In this document: in pieces, positions 19,101 through 25,963 of the stretch
How positions within the stretch are numbered: the stretch's first letter is position 1
How the letters are laid out: every line of letters begins with the position of its first letter
Assembly (NCBI GenBank): GCA_017395505.1
Contig: JAFPUH010000042.1
Span: forward strand, 1,442 to 65,441
Length of the DNA: 64,000 nucleotides
Direction of reading: 5' to 3'
DNA from: Kiritimatiellia bacterium
GTDB taxonomy: Bacteria > Verrucomicrobiota > Kiritimatiellia > RFP12 > UBA1067
The notes under the pieces: generated by a model
The model's database searches: none
What the model was told of the DNA's origin: nothing
The model's input: only the letters and a program-made list of their open reading frames with translations
Position numbers and translations under genes: made by a program

Positions 19101-19250
19101 ATAGCATTTGACGAGTATGCGTCCGTCCGCGCCGACGTTGACGTGCATGGAAGGGTTGTGATCGTCATGCGCCGGGCAGCAAGCCATCCAGCCGCCTTTG
19201 CCGTCGGACGTCACGCCGTCAAGTTTGCCGAGAAAATCGTCAATGCTCAT
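16116..19250 (-). CDS. bifunctional DNA primase / helicase (1044 aa)
   Basis: N-terminal zinc motif (CCPAHDDHNPSMHV...C), a TOPRIM-like motif (VIICEGEKDVNAI) and a C-terminal P-loop (VNGPRGSGKTFLLQGI). Confidence 0.85.
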   Translation of the reverse strand: MSIDDFLGKLDGVTSDGKGGWMACCPAHDDHNPSMHVNVGADGRILVKCYAECSTADIVAALGLKVKDLMPERPERVRGKGKANTRGKVSKAASAKKSGNAAKLAGPLSAAPKKPRDYGKFVCEYHYKREDGATVFKVVRRVMKNDKKTFVQMSPDPDRPGEWRFGVEQHGVEYIPYQVPLIRKAAKGGKPVIICEGEKDVNAIVKRLKLAATCNAKGAGKWSAGFGKYFEGVPSVLIIADKDDDVRVDPKSGEEKPFAVGQRHACDVERKLRADGFAGKIRKIVMPDVEVAPGEVRHVKDFSDWAEAMDAAKKKVDKSAFQAAIEAFGEWPAKWNFEDADLLDLQRAQKEARNTDSLMPGEAPDGETKAEDGKEKRTDGRGKMEDAGRYGRLAPRAPFKERGWYQVDFQISPGEIARFNVGVDALQFEGWRRSERDENRGAFELHASYDEIKCPVSRMVGMAIGCMESFSKHLKLSNPQRTELTCSLSLAWLRARGKFFADADNPMYATSLYFDGKNGVLYNIQSDEFKSFLATETNVSRENKVYDFMMSLIEDMTMAEAITPRVRPSKEWDRRDGAIYISNGDSRMYKVTAAGIEDVANGTDGVVFLRGATLLPFKIVDGPGVDPFAESLLFKNASLEKPSDVMNCRLWTLNLFACHRNKPILLVNGPRGSGKTFLLQGIKQFLGIRTDGQLDDSVTKMEHGDKGSDNFWIIIDKGRFEIFDNFDYKIKWADNDLQTASTNGSHKTRELYKTSVLVTQFARACIALTSNNAVFASEGGGLPDRIITARTIGRPKIPKGPGELLADNLANRNKYLTFILRVLARALADDKPVDASINMRHPEYAEFSVRCGRAMGCEADAIRALSTAEIEKAVLPLMNELIAKEVVAVLVSQTPPGSLSFTAGEMSDRIIKRFGTDEVDEKTRTIYGSRRVGKTIQRLKEDFATLFSFSSRTLEGRTMYDFKGLTPRGEVVLDVLRGGLVGFDGQFPESPHIKEGAGEFFENGNTNAPNPPYARARSQGVSFTHEKESIENTEGEDLDDDLIF

Positions 19251-19382
19251 TTTTCCGCTCCGTCAAATGCCTGAATCTGACTACTCGCGTGACATATGGC
19301 GACTTGCCGATCCGTTCACGCTCATACGTGAAGCGCGTCAAATGCCGAATGTGCCGCATCCGAACAGATATGCGCCGAACCA

Positions 19383-19562
19383 TCATTTTTCAGCCCCCTG
19401 CAAATTCCTCTCGATCTTGCAATCATCGGTATACAACGGCCTATGAACGCAAAACCGGCATTTGTCCGAGAAATTGCCGTACCCCTTGCGACCCTCCCAA
19501 TGCACACACCGCCCCGTTTCATCCGCCTTACGGTAGTTGTCTGTTCTATCCGTCACGCCCAT
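19383..19562 (-). CDS. 59-aa Cys/His-rich micro-ORF
   Basis: Below the track threshold; translated by hand as MGVTDRTDNYRKADETGRCVHWEGRKGYGNFSDKCRFCVH... Its stop overlaps (TGATG) a further 47-aa ORF (19240-19383) that runs into the primase start. Confidence 0.3.
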   Translation of the reverse strand: MGVTDRTDNYRKADETGRCVHWEGRKGYGNFSDKCRFCVHRPLYTDDCKIERNLQGAEK

Positions 19563-19573
19563 AACGCACCCCC

Positions 19574-19762
19574 TTATTCCGCGAGCGTATTCAAACGCGA
19601 GAACACCGTATCGAAATCCTCGGCGACATTCAAAATCATGCCCTTGGTCGTGAACCAGATATCGGTCGTGCCGTCACCCTGCTGGACTATATCGACAACC
19701 TTTGTGATATTGACGGCAACCTTGCGCTTTGTCACAGCATCCGTGAACATCCTGAATTTCAT
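19574..19762 (-). CDS. hypothetical protein (62 aa)
   Basis: ATG with an AAGGAAGG RBS. Confidence 0.5.
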   Translation of the reverse strand: MKFRMFTDAVTKRKVAVNITKVVDIVQQGDGTTDIWFTTKGMILNVAEDFDTVFSRLNTLAE

Positions 19763-19986
19763 GACTCGACCCTTCCTTTTCTGTTGTTAAAAAATCGAAA
19801 TGTGGGAACGCCGTCTCGCCGCGTTCCGGTGCAATTCCCAAGCCGCTACGCCTTGACTCCAGACAACGCACGGACGGCAGCGAATCCGTCCGAACGCCGC
19901 AATCACGGAAGGGCGCCGGCCACGTTGCACTCGGGCGGACGGGATCTCGCCCGCCTCCAGGTCACCGTGATTGTCTCCGAACAAAT

Positions 19987-20259
19987 TCATGCGCGACACA
20001 TCTTGACGATGTTGAAAGCTTCCTCGATGTCGGCATTCACACGCGCCGACAGCACATAGTCGAATCCGTCGTCATCCTTGATCTTGACGATCTCGGTGCC
20101 GCCGCATTCCGCGACAAGCTCGCGCCGGACACCCAAAACCGGCGCAAACGATACGATGTTCCCACGCCGCGCGATGACCTGAAAGATCTTCTTCCTCGAA
20201 CGGTCAATTGTCGATGTGCCGATATATGCCTCGCCCTTTTGGAATACCGCGTCACTCAT
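19987..20259 (-). CDS. hypothetical protein (90 aa)
   Basis: ATGA overlap with the upstream gene. Confidence 0.55.
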   Translation of the reverse strand: MSDAVFQKGEAYIGTSTIDRSRKKIFQVIARRGNIVSFAPVLGVRRELVAECGGTEIVKIKDDDGFDYVLSARVNADIEEAFNIVKMCRA

Positions 20260-20531
20260 GCAGCCACTTCTTTCTTTTCGGTCTGATAGATTGCCGCGCC
20301 GTTTTCATCGCGCTCGACAAGTCCGCTGTTCGGCATTCCCTCGCCATCTTCAACGGCCTTCAAAACCGCATCGACACGATACATCATCGAACCGTTCCGC
20401 GTCGTCGAGAACTTCCGGCAATCCATCGGATGACGAACGGCGAAAGCCCTCAGCCAGTTTTCAGGAACATCGGCGACCTCTTGCATGATCGCGTCCTTGC
20501 TCGCCCATTCCTTGCGCGTCATCATTTGCAT
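20256..20531 (-). CDS. hypothetical protein (91 aa), possibly a small DNA-binding/excisionase-like protein
   Basis: Overlaps the upstream stop by 10 nt. The functional guess rests only on weak resemblance (MYRVDAVLKAVEDG). Confidence 0.5.
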   Translation of the reverse strand: MQMMTRKEWASKDAIMQEVADVPENWLRAFAVRHPMDCRKFSTTRNGSMMYRVDAVLKAVEDGEGMPNSGLVERDENGAAIYQTEKKEVAA

Positions 20532-20875
20532 ACTTCACCGCCCTTGCTTTTCCCGAAACCCGGATCGTCGACGACAATGACTTCGGAACGTTGGCCATCT
20601 GGACTTCCAAGCGCGCCTGCATCAAGCGGCTCCGGCTTGAACGGCGAAATTGGCACGTCATCCAGGACGACACCGTCTTGCGACTTTACCACCGCGAGCG
20701 TCGCGCCGTCCATCGAGACGGGCAACGCGACATGACCGCGACATACCGCGGTCAATATTGCAAGAACCTCGCCGCCGCGGGATCTGAAATTCGCATCAGC
20801 CCGCGCGTCAAGCTCGCGCACGACGTCACCTGGTACATCGCGCAACAATATCGTCTGGGTATCCTTGCCGCTCAT
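20522..20875 (-). CDS. ribbon-helix-helix (Arc/MetJ-type) DNA-binding protein
   Basis: The N-terminus (TILLRDVPGDVVRELDARA) is typical of an RHH fold. ATGA overlap with the upstream gene. Confidence 0.55.
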   Translation of the reverse strand: MSGKDTQTILLRDVPGDVVRELDARADANFRSRGGEVLAILTAVCRGHVALPVSMDGATLAVVKSQDGVVLDDVPISPFKPEPLDAGALGSPDGQRSEVIVVDDPGFGKSKGGEVCK

Positions 20876-21117
20876 GCATCCCCCTTGACCGCGACCCTAC
20901 GCCGCGACACGCCGCAAGACCTCGCAGCCGAACCCCGACGACGCACATTTTGATGCTTGGGTGATATATCACTATGGCCCCAAAAAAAATCATCGCCAGA
21001 GACGGACGCTTTTTTTGTCGCCGCCATGTACCGGGCGATTACGGCAGCAACGGAGACGCCGTTCGACGCGGCGATCCGTTGAGCGCTCTCACGCACTAGC
21101 TTCGGAAGCTTACGCAT
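20872..21117 (-). CDS. hypothetical protein (81 aa)
   Basis: Trimmed to the ATG at 21117 (MRKLPKLV). Contains the palindrome GTGATATATCAC at 20961-20972. Confidence 0.5.
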   Translation of the reverse strand: MRKLPKLVRESAQRIAASNGVSVAAVIARYMAATKKASVSGDDFFWGHSDISPKHQNVRRRGSAARSCGVSRRRVAVKGDA

Positions 21118-21403
21118 TTTTAGACCTCCGCTTCTTTTGGTTTTCGCCGATGGTGTACTCTGCAATCCTCACGGCGTCGCGATACTTTTCAGAGACTTCG
21201 CCGTTCGTATCCAGCACTCCGACCATTCTGGCGATGTTCTCGACACCGCGCCAAAGCAGATCAAGCACGGTCAGCTTATTGTGCCCGGCCACAACCGCCG
21301 CTGTAATCATCGCGATTGCTTTCTTCTTCGGGGGCACCATGCCACCTAGCATGACATAATGATCGGGATGCCGCCCTTGCCTTGTTCGCTTTTTGTCGTC
21401 CAT
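21110..21403 (-). CDS. hypothetical protein (97 aa), first gene of the leftward operon
   Basis: ATG at 21403 facing the divergent intergenic region. Confidence 0.55.
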   Translation of the reverse strand: MDDKKRTRQGRHPDHYVMLGGMVPPKKKAIAMITAAVVAGHNKLTVLDLLWRGVENIARMVGVLDTNGEVSEKYRDAVRIAEYTIGENQKKRRSKNA

Positions 21404-21468
21404 GACCTGATCCTTTCTCGTTTCACCGCTGAAACTCTATCAGCAGTTTCGGTGCGTATGATACCATA

Positions 21469-21480
21469 ATGATATATCAC
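21469..21480. promoter_or_regulatory. candidate operator: palindrome ATGATATATCAC (second copy GTGATATATCAC at 20961-20972)
   Basis: The 10-bp perfect palindrome TGATATATCA occurs twice. This copy lies in the divergent promoter region between 21403 and 21532. Confidence 0.35.
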
Positions 21481-21496
21481 CTGTCAACGGGGTATT

Positions 21497-21525
21497 TTCA
21501 TCCAGGCGAAATTTTGTGTTATACT
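21497..21525 (+). promoter_or_regulatory. extended -10 promoter (TGTTATACT) for a near-leaderless transcript
   Basis: -10 TATACT at 21520-21525 preceded by TGn, with a weak -35 TTCATC 17 nt upstream. The ATG at 21532 is 7 nt after the -10. Confidence 0.4.
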
Positions 21526-21531
21526 GCAATC

Positions 21532-21924
21532 ATGAAATCTTTTGGCCGTCTATTCCTGGTTGCTCTCGCGGTGACAATCATACTCGCCGCGCAAAAGTCT
21601 CTCGATACTGTTCCTCGTGGCGTCTACATCGCAGCCGCAATCGTCGCCGTGCCGGCGATCCTTCCACCAATTCGACTCGGACGAAAGAAAAAGCGCAACC
21701 GCTCGAAGGCTCTCTATTCAGGTGTTTCCGAACTTGCCGACGCCATCGAAGAAGGGGATGCGACAATTGATTCCACAATCAAAGCCATCCTTCAGGATGT
21801 TCGCGACAAACTCAGCGACGCATCTGATTCAATTGCAGGTGGCGAATACGAATCTGCGACCGAAACCATCGACGATCTCACATACGACATTGACCGCGCT
21901 CTCGCCGGCCGCACAGCCCAATAA
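21532..21924 (+). CDS. membrane protein at prophage end (moron-like, only plus-strand gene of the element)
   Basis: Trimmed to the ATG at 21532 (MKSFGRLFLVALAVTIILAA). Two hydrophobic helices, a KKKRNR motif, then an acidic helical tail. Confidence 0.6.
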   Translation: MKSFGRLFLVALAVTIILAAQKSLDTVPRGVYIAAAIVAVPAILPPIRLGRKKKRNRSKALYSGVSELADAIEEGDATIDSTIKAILQDVRDKLSDASDSIAGGEYESATETIDDLTYDIDRALAGRTAQ

Positions 21925-22027
21925 AACAATGCCGCACTGTATGCACTTTTGTGGGGACTTGTTTTCAGGAATGCAGACGCAAGCCCGTCAATACCGAATA
22001 TTTGCGAACATACCCAATCCACACAAA

Positions 22028-22051
22028 GGTTCGAATCCCCCCCCCTCCGCC
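22028..22051 (+). other. orphan tRNA 3'-end fragment (putative attR core)
   Basis: GGTTCGAATCCCCCCCCTCCGCCA reads as a T-loop TTCGAAT, a 3' T-stem CCCCC and a 3' acceptor strand. The upstream sequence lacks a matching 5' T-stem, D-arm or anticodon arm. Confidence 0.5.
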
Positions 22052-22080
22052 AGCAATGCAAGTTTTTTCACAATACCCCC

Positions 22081-22110
22081 TTGTGCGCGCTCGGCGAATA
22101 TGGTATACTA
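22081..22110 (+). promoter_or_regulatory. promoter of tRNA-Ala (TTGTGC-18-TATACT with extended TG)
   Basis: -35 at 22081-22086 and TGGTATACT at 22102-22110. The tRNA starts 19 nt downstream. Confidence 0.45.
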
Positions 22111-22128
22111 TTCTTCGTTTTCACGTAT

Positions 22129-22204
22129 GGGGAAGTAGCTCAGTTGGTAGAGCATCACGTTCGCAACGTGGGGGTCGAGAGTTCGAATCTCTTCTTCTCC
22201 ACCA
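22129..22204 (+). tRNA. tRNA-Ala (anticodon CGC)
   Basis: Folded by hand. Acceptor GGGGAAG/CTTCTCC with the G3:U70 Ala identity pair, D-arm GCTC/GAGC, anticodon loop TTCGCAA, T-arm GAGAG-TTCGAAT-CTCTT, and an encoded ACCA. Confidence 0.9.
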
Positions 22205-22219
22205 TTCGGCAAGGCGAAA

Positions 22220-22250
22220 GACCTCAGATTACTCTGAGGCCTTTTTCGTT
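22220..22250 (+). terminator. rho-independent terminator after tRNA-Ala
   Basis: Stem CCTCAG/CTGAGG (22222-22227 with 22234-22239), followed by a T5 run. Confidence 0.5.
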
Positions 22251-22292
22251 TTCTGGATATTGGAGTTCCCATCCGTCATCGACTGGTGCGGG

Positions 22293-22321
22293 TGCACGGC
22301 GGAGGGAAAATATGATATAAT
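22293..22321 (+). promoter_or_regulatory. extended -10 promoter (TGATATAAT) upstream of gatB
   Basis: TATAAT at 22316-22321 with TGn. The second ATG (22331) is only 9 nt downstream, so the leader is very short or absent. Confidence 0.35.
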
Positions 22322-23764
22322 ATGCCACCTATGGAATTCGAGAACACTATCGGGCTTGAGACGCACGTCCAGCTGAAGACCAGAACCAAGATGTTCTGCT
22401 CGTGTCTTCTGAAGACGGGTTGCGAGCCCAACACCAATGTCTGCCCCGTCTGCTTGGGCTATCCTGGGGCGCTGCCGGTCATGAACAAGGAGGCGGTGAA
22501 GCTCACGGTGATGAGCGGAATGATGCTCGGCTGCGAGATCAATCCCCACGCTACCTTCGACCGCAAGAACTACTTCTATCCCGACATGGCGAAGGACTAC
22601 CAGATCAGCGAGAACGGCAGTCCGCTTTGCATCGGCGGCGGCGTGACGATACAGACGCCGAGGGGGCCAAAGTTCATCCGCATAAACCACATACATCTCG
22701 AAGAGGATGCGGCTAAGATCAACCATTATGCGGTAAGCTCTGGCGTGGATTTCAACCGTGGAGGCACTCCGCTGATGGAGATCGTGTCCGAGCCTGACAT
22801 GTCCAGCGCAGACGAGGCGATAGCGTATCTGACGGCGTTGAAGGAGATGCTGGTATATGCCGGAGTTAGCGACTGCAACCTTGAAGAGGGCAATATGCGC
22901 TCCGACGTCAACATCTCGATACGTCCCGTAGGCGAGACGAAGCTGGGCACGAAGGTCGAGATCAAGAACATGAACACCTTCAAGGGCATCCACGCGGCTC
23001 TCGAGTACGAGGCCCGGCGCCAGAGGGAGTGCATGGCGCATTCGATTCCGATTGTGCAGGAGACGCGCCGTTGGGATGGCGAGGCGCTCGAGACGGCTTC
23101 CATGCGCTCGAAGGAGAACGCCCACGACTACCGCTATTTCCCAGAGCCTGACCTTGTGCCGGTGGAGCTTTCGAAGGAGCAGATAGAGGAGTGGCGCAAG
23201 CTGCTGCCCGAGCAGCCTGAGAAGCGCCGCGCGAGGATGATGGAGGAGTACGGCATAGCCGAGTACGACGCCGAGGTGCTTTCGCAGCACAAGGCGAACG
23301 CCGACTACTTCGAGGCTGCGGCGAAGGGTCTCGACAAGAAGACTGCGAAGATACTCTGCAACCTCTACATGTCGGATGTCATGGCGCTCATGAACGCCAG
23401 CGGCAAGTCGATCGGCGAGTGCGCGATGGCCCCGGAGGCGCTTGCGGCGCTGGTGAAGATGTCCGTCGCAGGTACTATTAACGGTCCGACGCTCAAGGAG
23501 CTTCTGCCTGAGATCTTCGAGAAGGGTGGCGATCCAGAGGCGATCGTAAAGGAGCGCGGGCTTGGGGCGGTAAGCGACACGGCTGCGCTCGAGGCGTTCG
23601 TCGATCAGGCCATCGCGGCGAATCCCGGGCCTGTTCAGGACTTCAAGAACGGTAAGAAGGCCGCGGCCGGATTCTTCGTCGGGCAGGTGATGAAGCTCTC
23701 GAAGGGCAAGGCCGATCCTAAGATCGTCGGCGGAATCGTCGCAAGAAAGCTGGCTCAGGCATGA
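22322..23764 (+). CDS. gatB: Asp-tRNA(Asn)/Glu-tRNA(Gln) amidotransferase subunit B
   Basis: The N-terminus (EFENTIGLETHVQLKTRTKMFCSC) and overall length match GatB. The true start may be the ATG at 22331. Confidence 0.9.
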   Translation: MPPMEFENTIGLETHVQLKTRTKMFCSCLLKTGCEPNTNVCPVCLGYPGALPVMNKEAVKLTVMSGMMLGCEINPHATFDRKNYFYPDMAKDYQISENGSPLCIGGGVTIQTPRGPKFIRINHIHLEEDAAKINHYAVSSGVDFNRGGTPLMEIVSEPDMSSADEAIAYLTALKEMLVYAGVSDCNLEEGNMRSDVNISIRPVGETKLGTKVEIKNMNTFKGIHAALEYEARRQRECMAHSIPIVQETRRWDGEALETASMRSKENAHDYRYFPEPDLVPVELSKEQIEEWRKLLPEQPEKRRARMMEEYGIAEYDAEVLSQHKANADYFEAAAKGLDKKTAKILCNLYMSDVMALMNASGKSIGECAMAPEALAALVKMSVAGTINGPTLKELLPEIFEKGGDPEAIVKERGLGAVSDTAALEAFVDQAIAANPGPVQDFKNGKKAAAGFFVGQVMKLSKGKADPKIVGGIVARKLAQA

Positions 23765-24189
23765 AACTTCGAAATTGCGTATTTGCGGCGGTTGCCGCGC
23801 TTGTGACGGCAGGTTGCTCGTCGTTCCACCAGACCCAGCTCGTAAAGTTCGTGGATGACGATGGACGCTTCCTTGAGGTGGTCTACGGCTACGGCGACGA
23901 GGATCACGTGACAAAGTGGGTTTCGCCAGCGACCGGCAAGACGATAGAGCTCAAGTCAAGGCTGCGCGTCAAGGTCAAGATGGAGGGCGGTCCTAGCTTC
24001 AAGGCATTCCAGTGCATGAACACTCTCGGAAGCGGCACGATGTACAGGACCGACAACGAGCGCTGGATGTATCTGGCGAACGGCTTCACCTGCGCTGTTT
24101 TCGAGTGGGACGAGGAGCGCAAGGACTACCGGTACGTGTTCCAAGGCGTGCTTTGCCAGACTCCGGAGGATGCGGAGGGGGGCAAGTGA
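23761..24189 (+). CDS. lipoprotein, hypothetical
   Basis: Signal peptide with lipobox (LVTAGC). Its start overlaps the gatB stop. Confidence 0.7.
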   Translation: MKLRNCVFAAVAALVTAGCSSFHQTQLVKFVDDDGRFLEVVYGYGDEDHVTKWVSPATGKTIELKSRLRVKVKMEGGPSFKAFQCMNTLGSGTMYRTDNERWMYLANGFTCAVFEWDEERKDYRYVFQGVLCQTPEDAEGGK

Positions 24190-24914
24190 GCGCGCTGGAC
24201 AACATGCGCGTCGTGCTGGTCGGCACGCTCTACACCGGAAATGTGGGGTCGAGCTGCCGCGCAATGGCCAACATGGGTATCAAGAACCTGGTGCTGGCTG
24301 CGCCGAACCTGCAGAATTCGTGGGAAGAGGGCGAGCGTATGGCGGTCCATGCGACGGACATTCTGGCGAACAGGCGCGAGACGGCTACTTTCGAGGAGGC
24401 TGTGGCGGATTGTGTGGCGGTCGTCGGCACCACGGCGCGGGAAGGTCTCTACCGCCAGCACGTCAAGGCACCGAGGGATTGCGCGGCCGACCTGCTCTCG
24501 CTCGCCGAGACGGGGCCTGTCGCGCTCGTCTTCGGGCGAGAGGACAAAGGGCTTCTCAACGAGGAGATCGCGCAGTGCACGCATCTCATAAGAATCCCCG
24601 TCGACGAGGGCTACACCTCGATTAACCTTTCGCAGGCGGTGCTGATCACTTGCTACGAGTTCTTTACGGCGTCCGGCAAGTACCAGCCGCCGCATGAAAA
24701 GGCGCCGCCCGCGCCACAGGCGCAGAAGATGCAGCTTATGAAGAACTGGTCGAAGATGCTGCAGGAGATAGGCTTCATGAAGCCTGAGCAGGAGGACCAC
24801 TTCATGCAGGGTTTCCACCGCGTCTTCTCGCGCGGAGTTTTCACTAAGGACGATGCGGCGCTCATGCTGGGCGTCGCCAGACAGGCCATTTGGGCAAAGG
24901 AGAACCATGGATAG
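24186..24914 (+). CDS. trmJ: SPOUT-class tRNA 2'-O-methyltransferase (TrmJ-like)
   Basis: VVLVGTLYTGNVGSSCRAMANMG, ALVFGREDKGL and SINLSQAV resemble TrmJ. Start is either GTG 24186 (GTGA overlap) or ATG 24204. Confidence 0.75.
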   Translation: MSALDNMRVVLVGTLYTGNVGSSCRAMANMGIKNLVLAAPNLQNSWEEGERMAVHATDILANRRETATFEEAVADCVAVVGTTAREGLYRQHVKAPRDCAADLLSLAETGPVALVFGREDKGLLNEEIAQCTHLIRIPVDEGYTSINLSQAVLITCYEFFTASGKYQPPHEKAPPAPQAQKMQLMKNWSKMLQEIGFMKPEQEDHFMQGFHRVFSRGVFTKDDAALMLGVARQAIWAKENHG

Positions 24915-25959
24915 ACTAGCATACCTCGTACGACGCATGCTGCTCGTGATACCTACGTTCATAGGCATCACGATAGTGTGCTTCTCGCTGACGCGATTCC
25001 TGCCGGGCGGTCCGGTGGAGATAAGGATGATGCGGCTCAAGGGCCTGGGCGCGCAGTCCGGCGAGACGTCGGGCAGCAGCAGCGCATCGGCTTCGAACGT
25101 GTCGGACGAATACAAGAAGCAGCTTGAGGCGCAGTTCGGCTTCGACAAGCCGATCTACGAGCAGTATTGGGACTGGCTCGTCGTAAAGCGCATGGGCATG
25201 CAGCTGCCCAGCTACGACTATCCTAACAAGACGGCGTGGCAGCTCATCAAGTCGCGCATACCGATTTCGCTCTGGTTTGGCCTCGCGTCGTTCATACTGA
25301 CTTACATGATATGCATTCCGCTAGGCATAGCCAAGGCGCTGAAGCACCGGCAGACGTTCGACGCCGCATCGTCGCTCGTGGTGTTCATAGCCTATGCGAT
25401 ACCGGCGTTTGCGCTCGCGATGCTTCTCAAGATGTTCTTCTGCGGAACGGTAGAGGGCTTCGCCGACATCTTCCCGCTCGGCGGCATTTCGTCCGACTTC
25501 GACGTCGAACCTTCGGCGTGGACCTGGTTCTGGGACCGCGCGTGGCACATGGCGATGCCGATATGCTGCTATGTCGCGGGCAGTTTCGCGATGTTGACCA
25601 TTCTCATGAAGAACTCGCTGCTCGACCAGATTTCGGCTGACTACATAAGGACAGTCATCGCAAAGGGTGCGACGCGTCGCCGTGCGATATGGGGGCATGC
25701 CTTCAGGAATGCGCTCATTCCGGTGGCCACTGGGCTTGGCGGCATAATCGGCCTGATCTTCGTCGGCTCGATCATAATCGAGACGATTTTCGAGATACCG
25801 GGCATGGGCCGCCTTTCGTGGGATGCACTGATCGGTCGCGACTACGCCGTGTTCCTTGCGCTTCTCGCCCTGACGGCGAGCTTCCAGCTCGTCGGCAACC
25901 TCATCTCCGACGTACTCTACATGATAATCGACCCCAGAATCGACTTCTCGAAGAAATAA
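24907..25959 (+). CDS. ABC transporter permease (OppB/YejB-like)
   Basis: Trimmed to the ATG at 24907 (MDRLAYLVRRMLLVIPTF). Multi-TM protein with an EAA-like loop. No ATPase or binding-protein gene is adjacent. Confidence 0.85.
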   Translation: MDRLAYLVRRMLLVIPTFIGITIVCFSLTRFLPGGPVEIRMMRLKGLGAQSGETSGSSSASASNVSDEYKKQLEAQFGFDKPIYEQYWDWLVVKRMGMQLPSYDYPNKTAWQLIKSRIPISLWFGLASFILTYMICIPLGIAKALKHRQTFDAASSLVVFIAYAIPAFALAMLLKMFFCGTVEGFADIFPLGGISSDFDVEPSAWTWFWDRAWHMAMPICCYVAGSFAMLTILMKNSLLDQISADYIRTVIAKGATRRRAIWGHAFRNALIPVATGLGGIIGLIFVGSIIIETIFEIPGMGRLSWDALIGRDYAVFLALLALTASFQLVGNLISDVLYMIIDPRIDFSKK

Positions 25960-25963
25960 AGCC

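Larger units (their letters stand above)
1..22051. mobile_element. Prophage 1: siphovirus-type prophage with lambda-like packaging/head gene order; continues beyond left window edge
   Basis: Unbroken minus-strand block of about 30 tightly packed ORFs with many ATGA/GTGA stop-start overlaps. Includes primase-helicase, large terminase, portal, ClpP-type protease, capsid, tube and tape measure. Right limit inferred from the orphan tRNA 3' fragment at 22028-22051. No integrase in window. Confidence 0.8.

Noticed and set aside
19787-19990. 67-aa ORF with an ATGA overlap to the upstream gene
   Set aside because: It has Arg/Trp-rich junk-like composition and no RBS. The overlap is explainable by chance, so this 224-bp stretch is left unannotated.
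22229-23914. 561-aa minus-strand ORF covering gatB
   Set aside because: It is antisense to a clearly recognisable gatB. Its Arg/Leu/His-rich composition is typical of shadow ORFs in GC-rich DNA.
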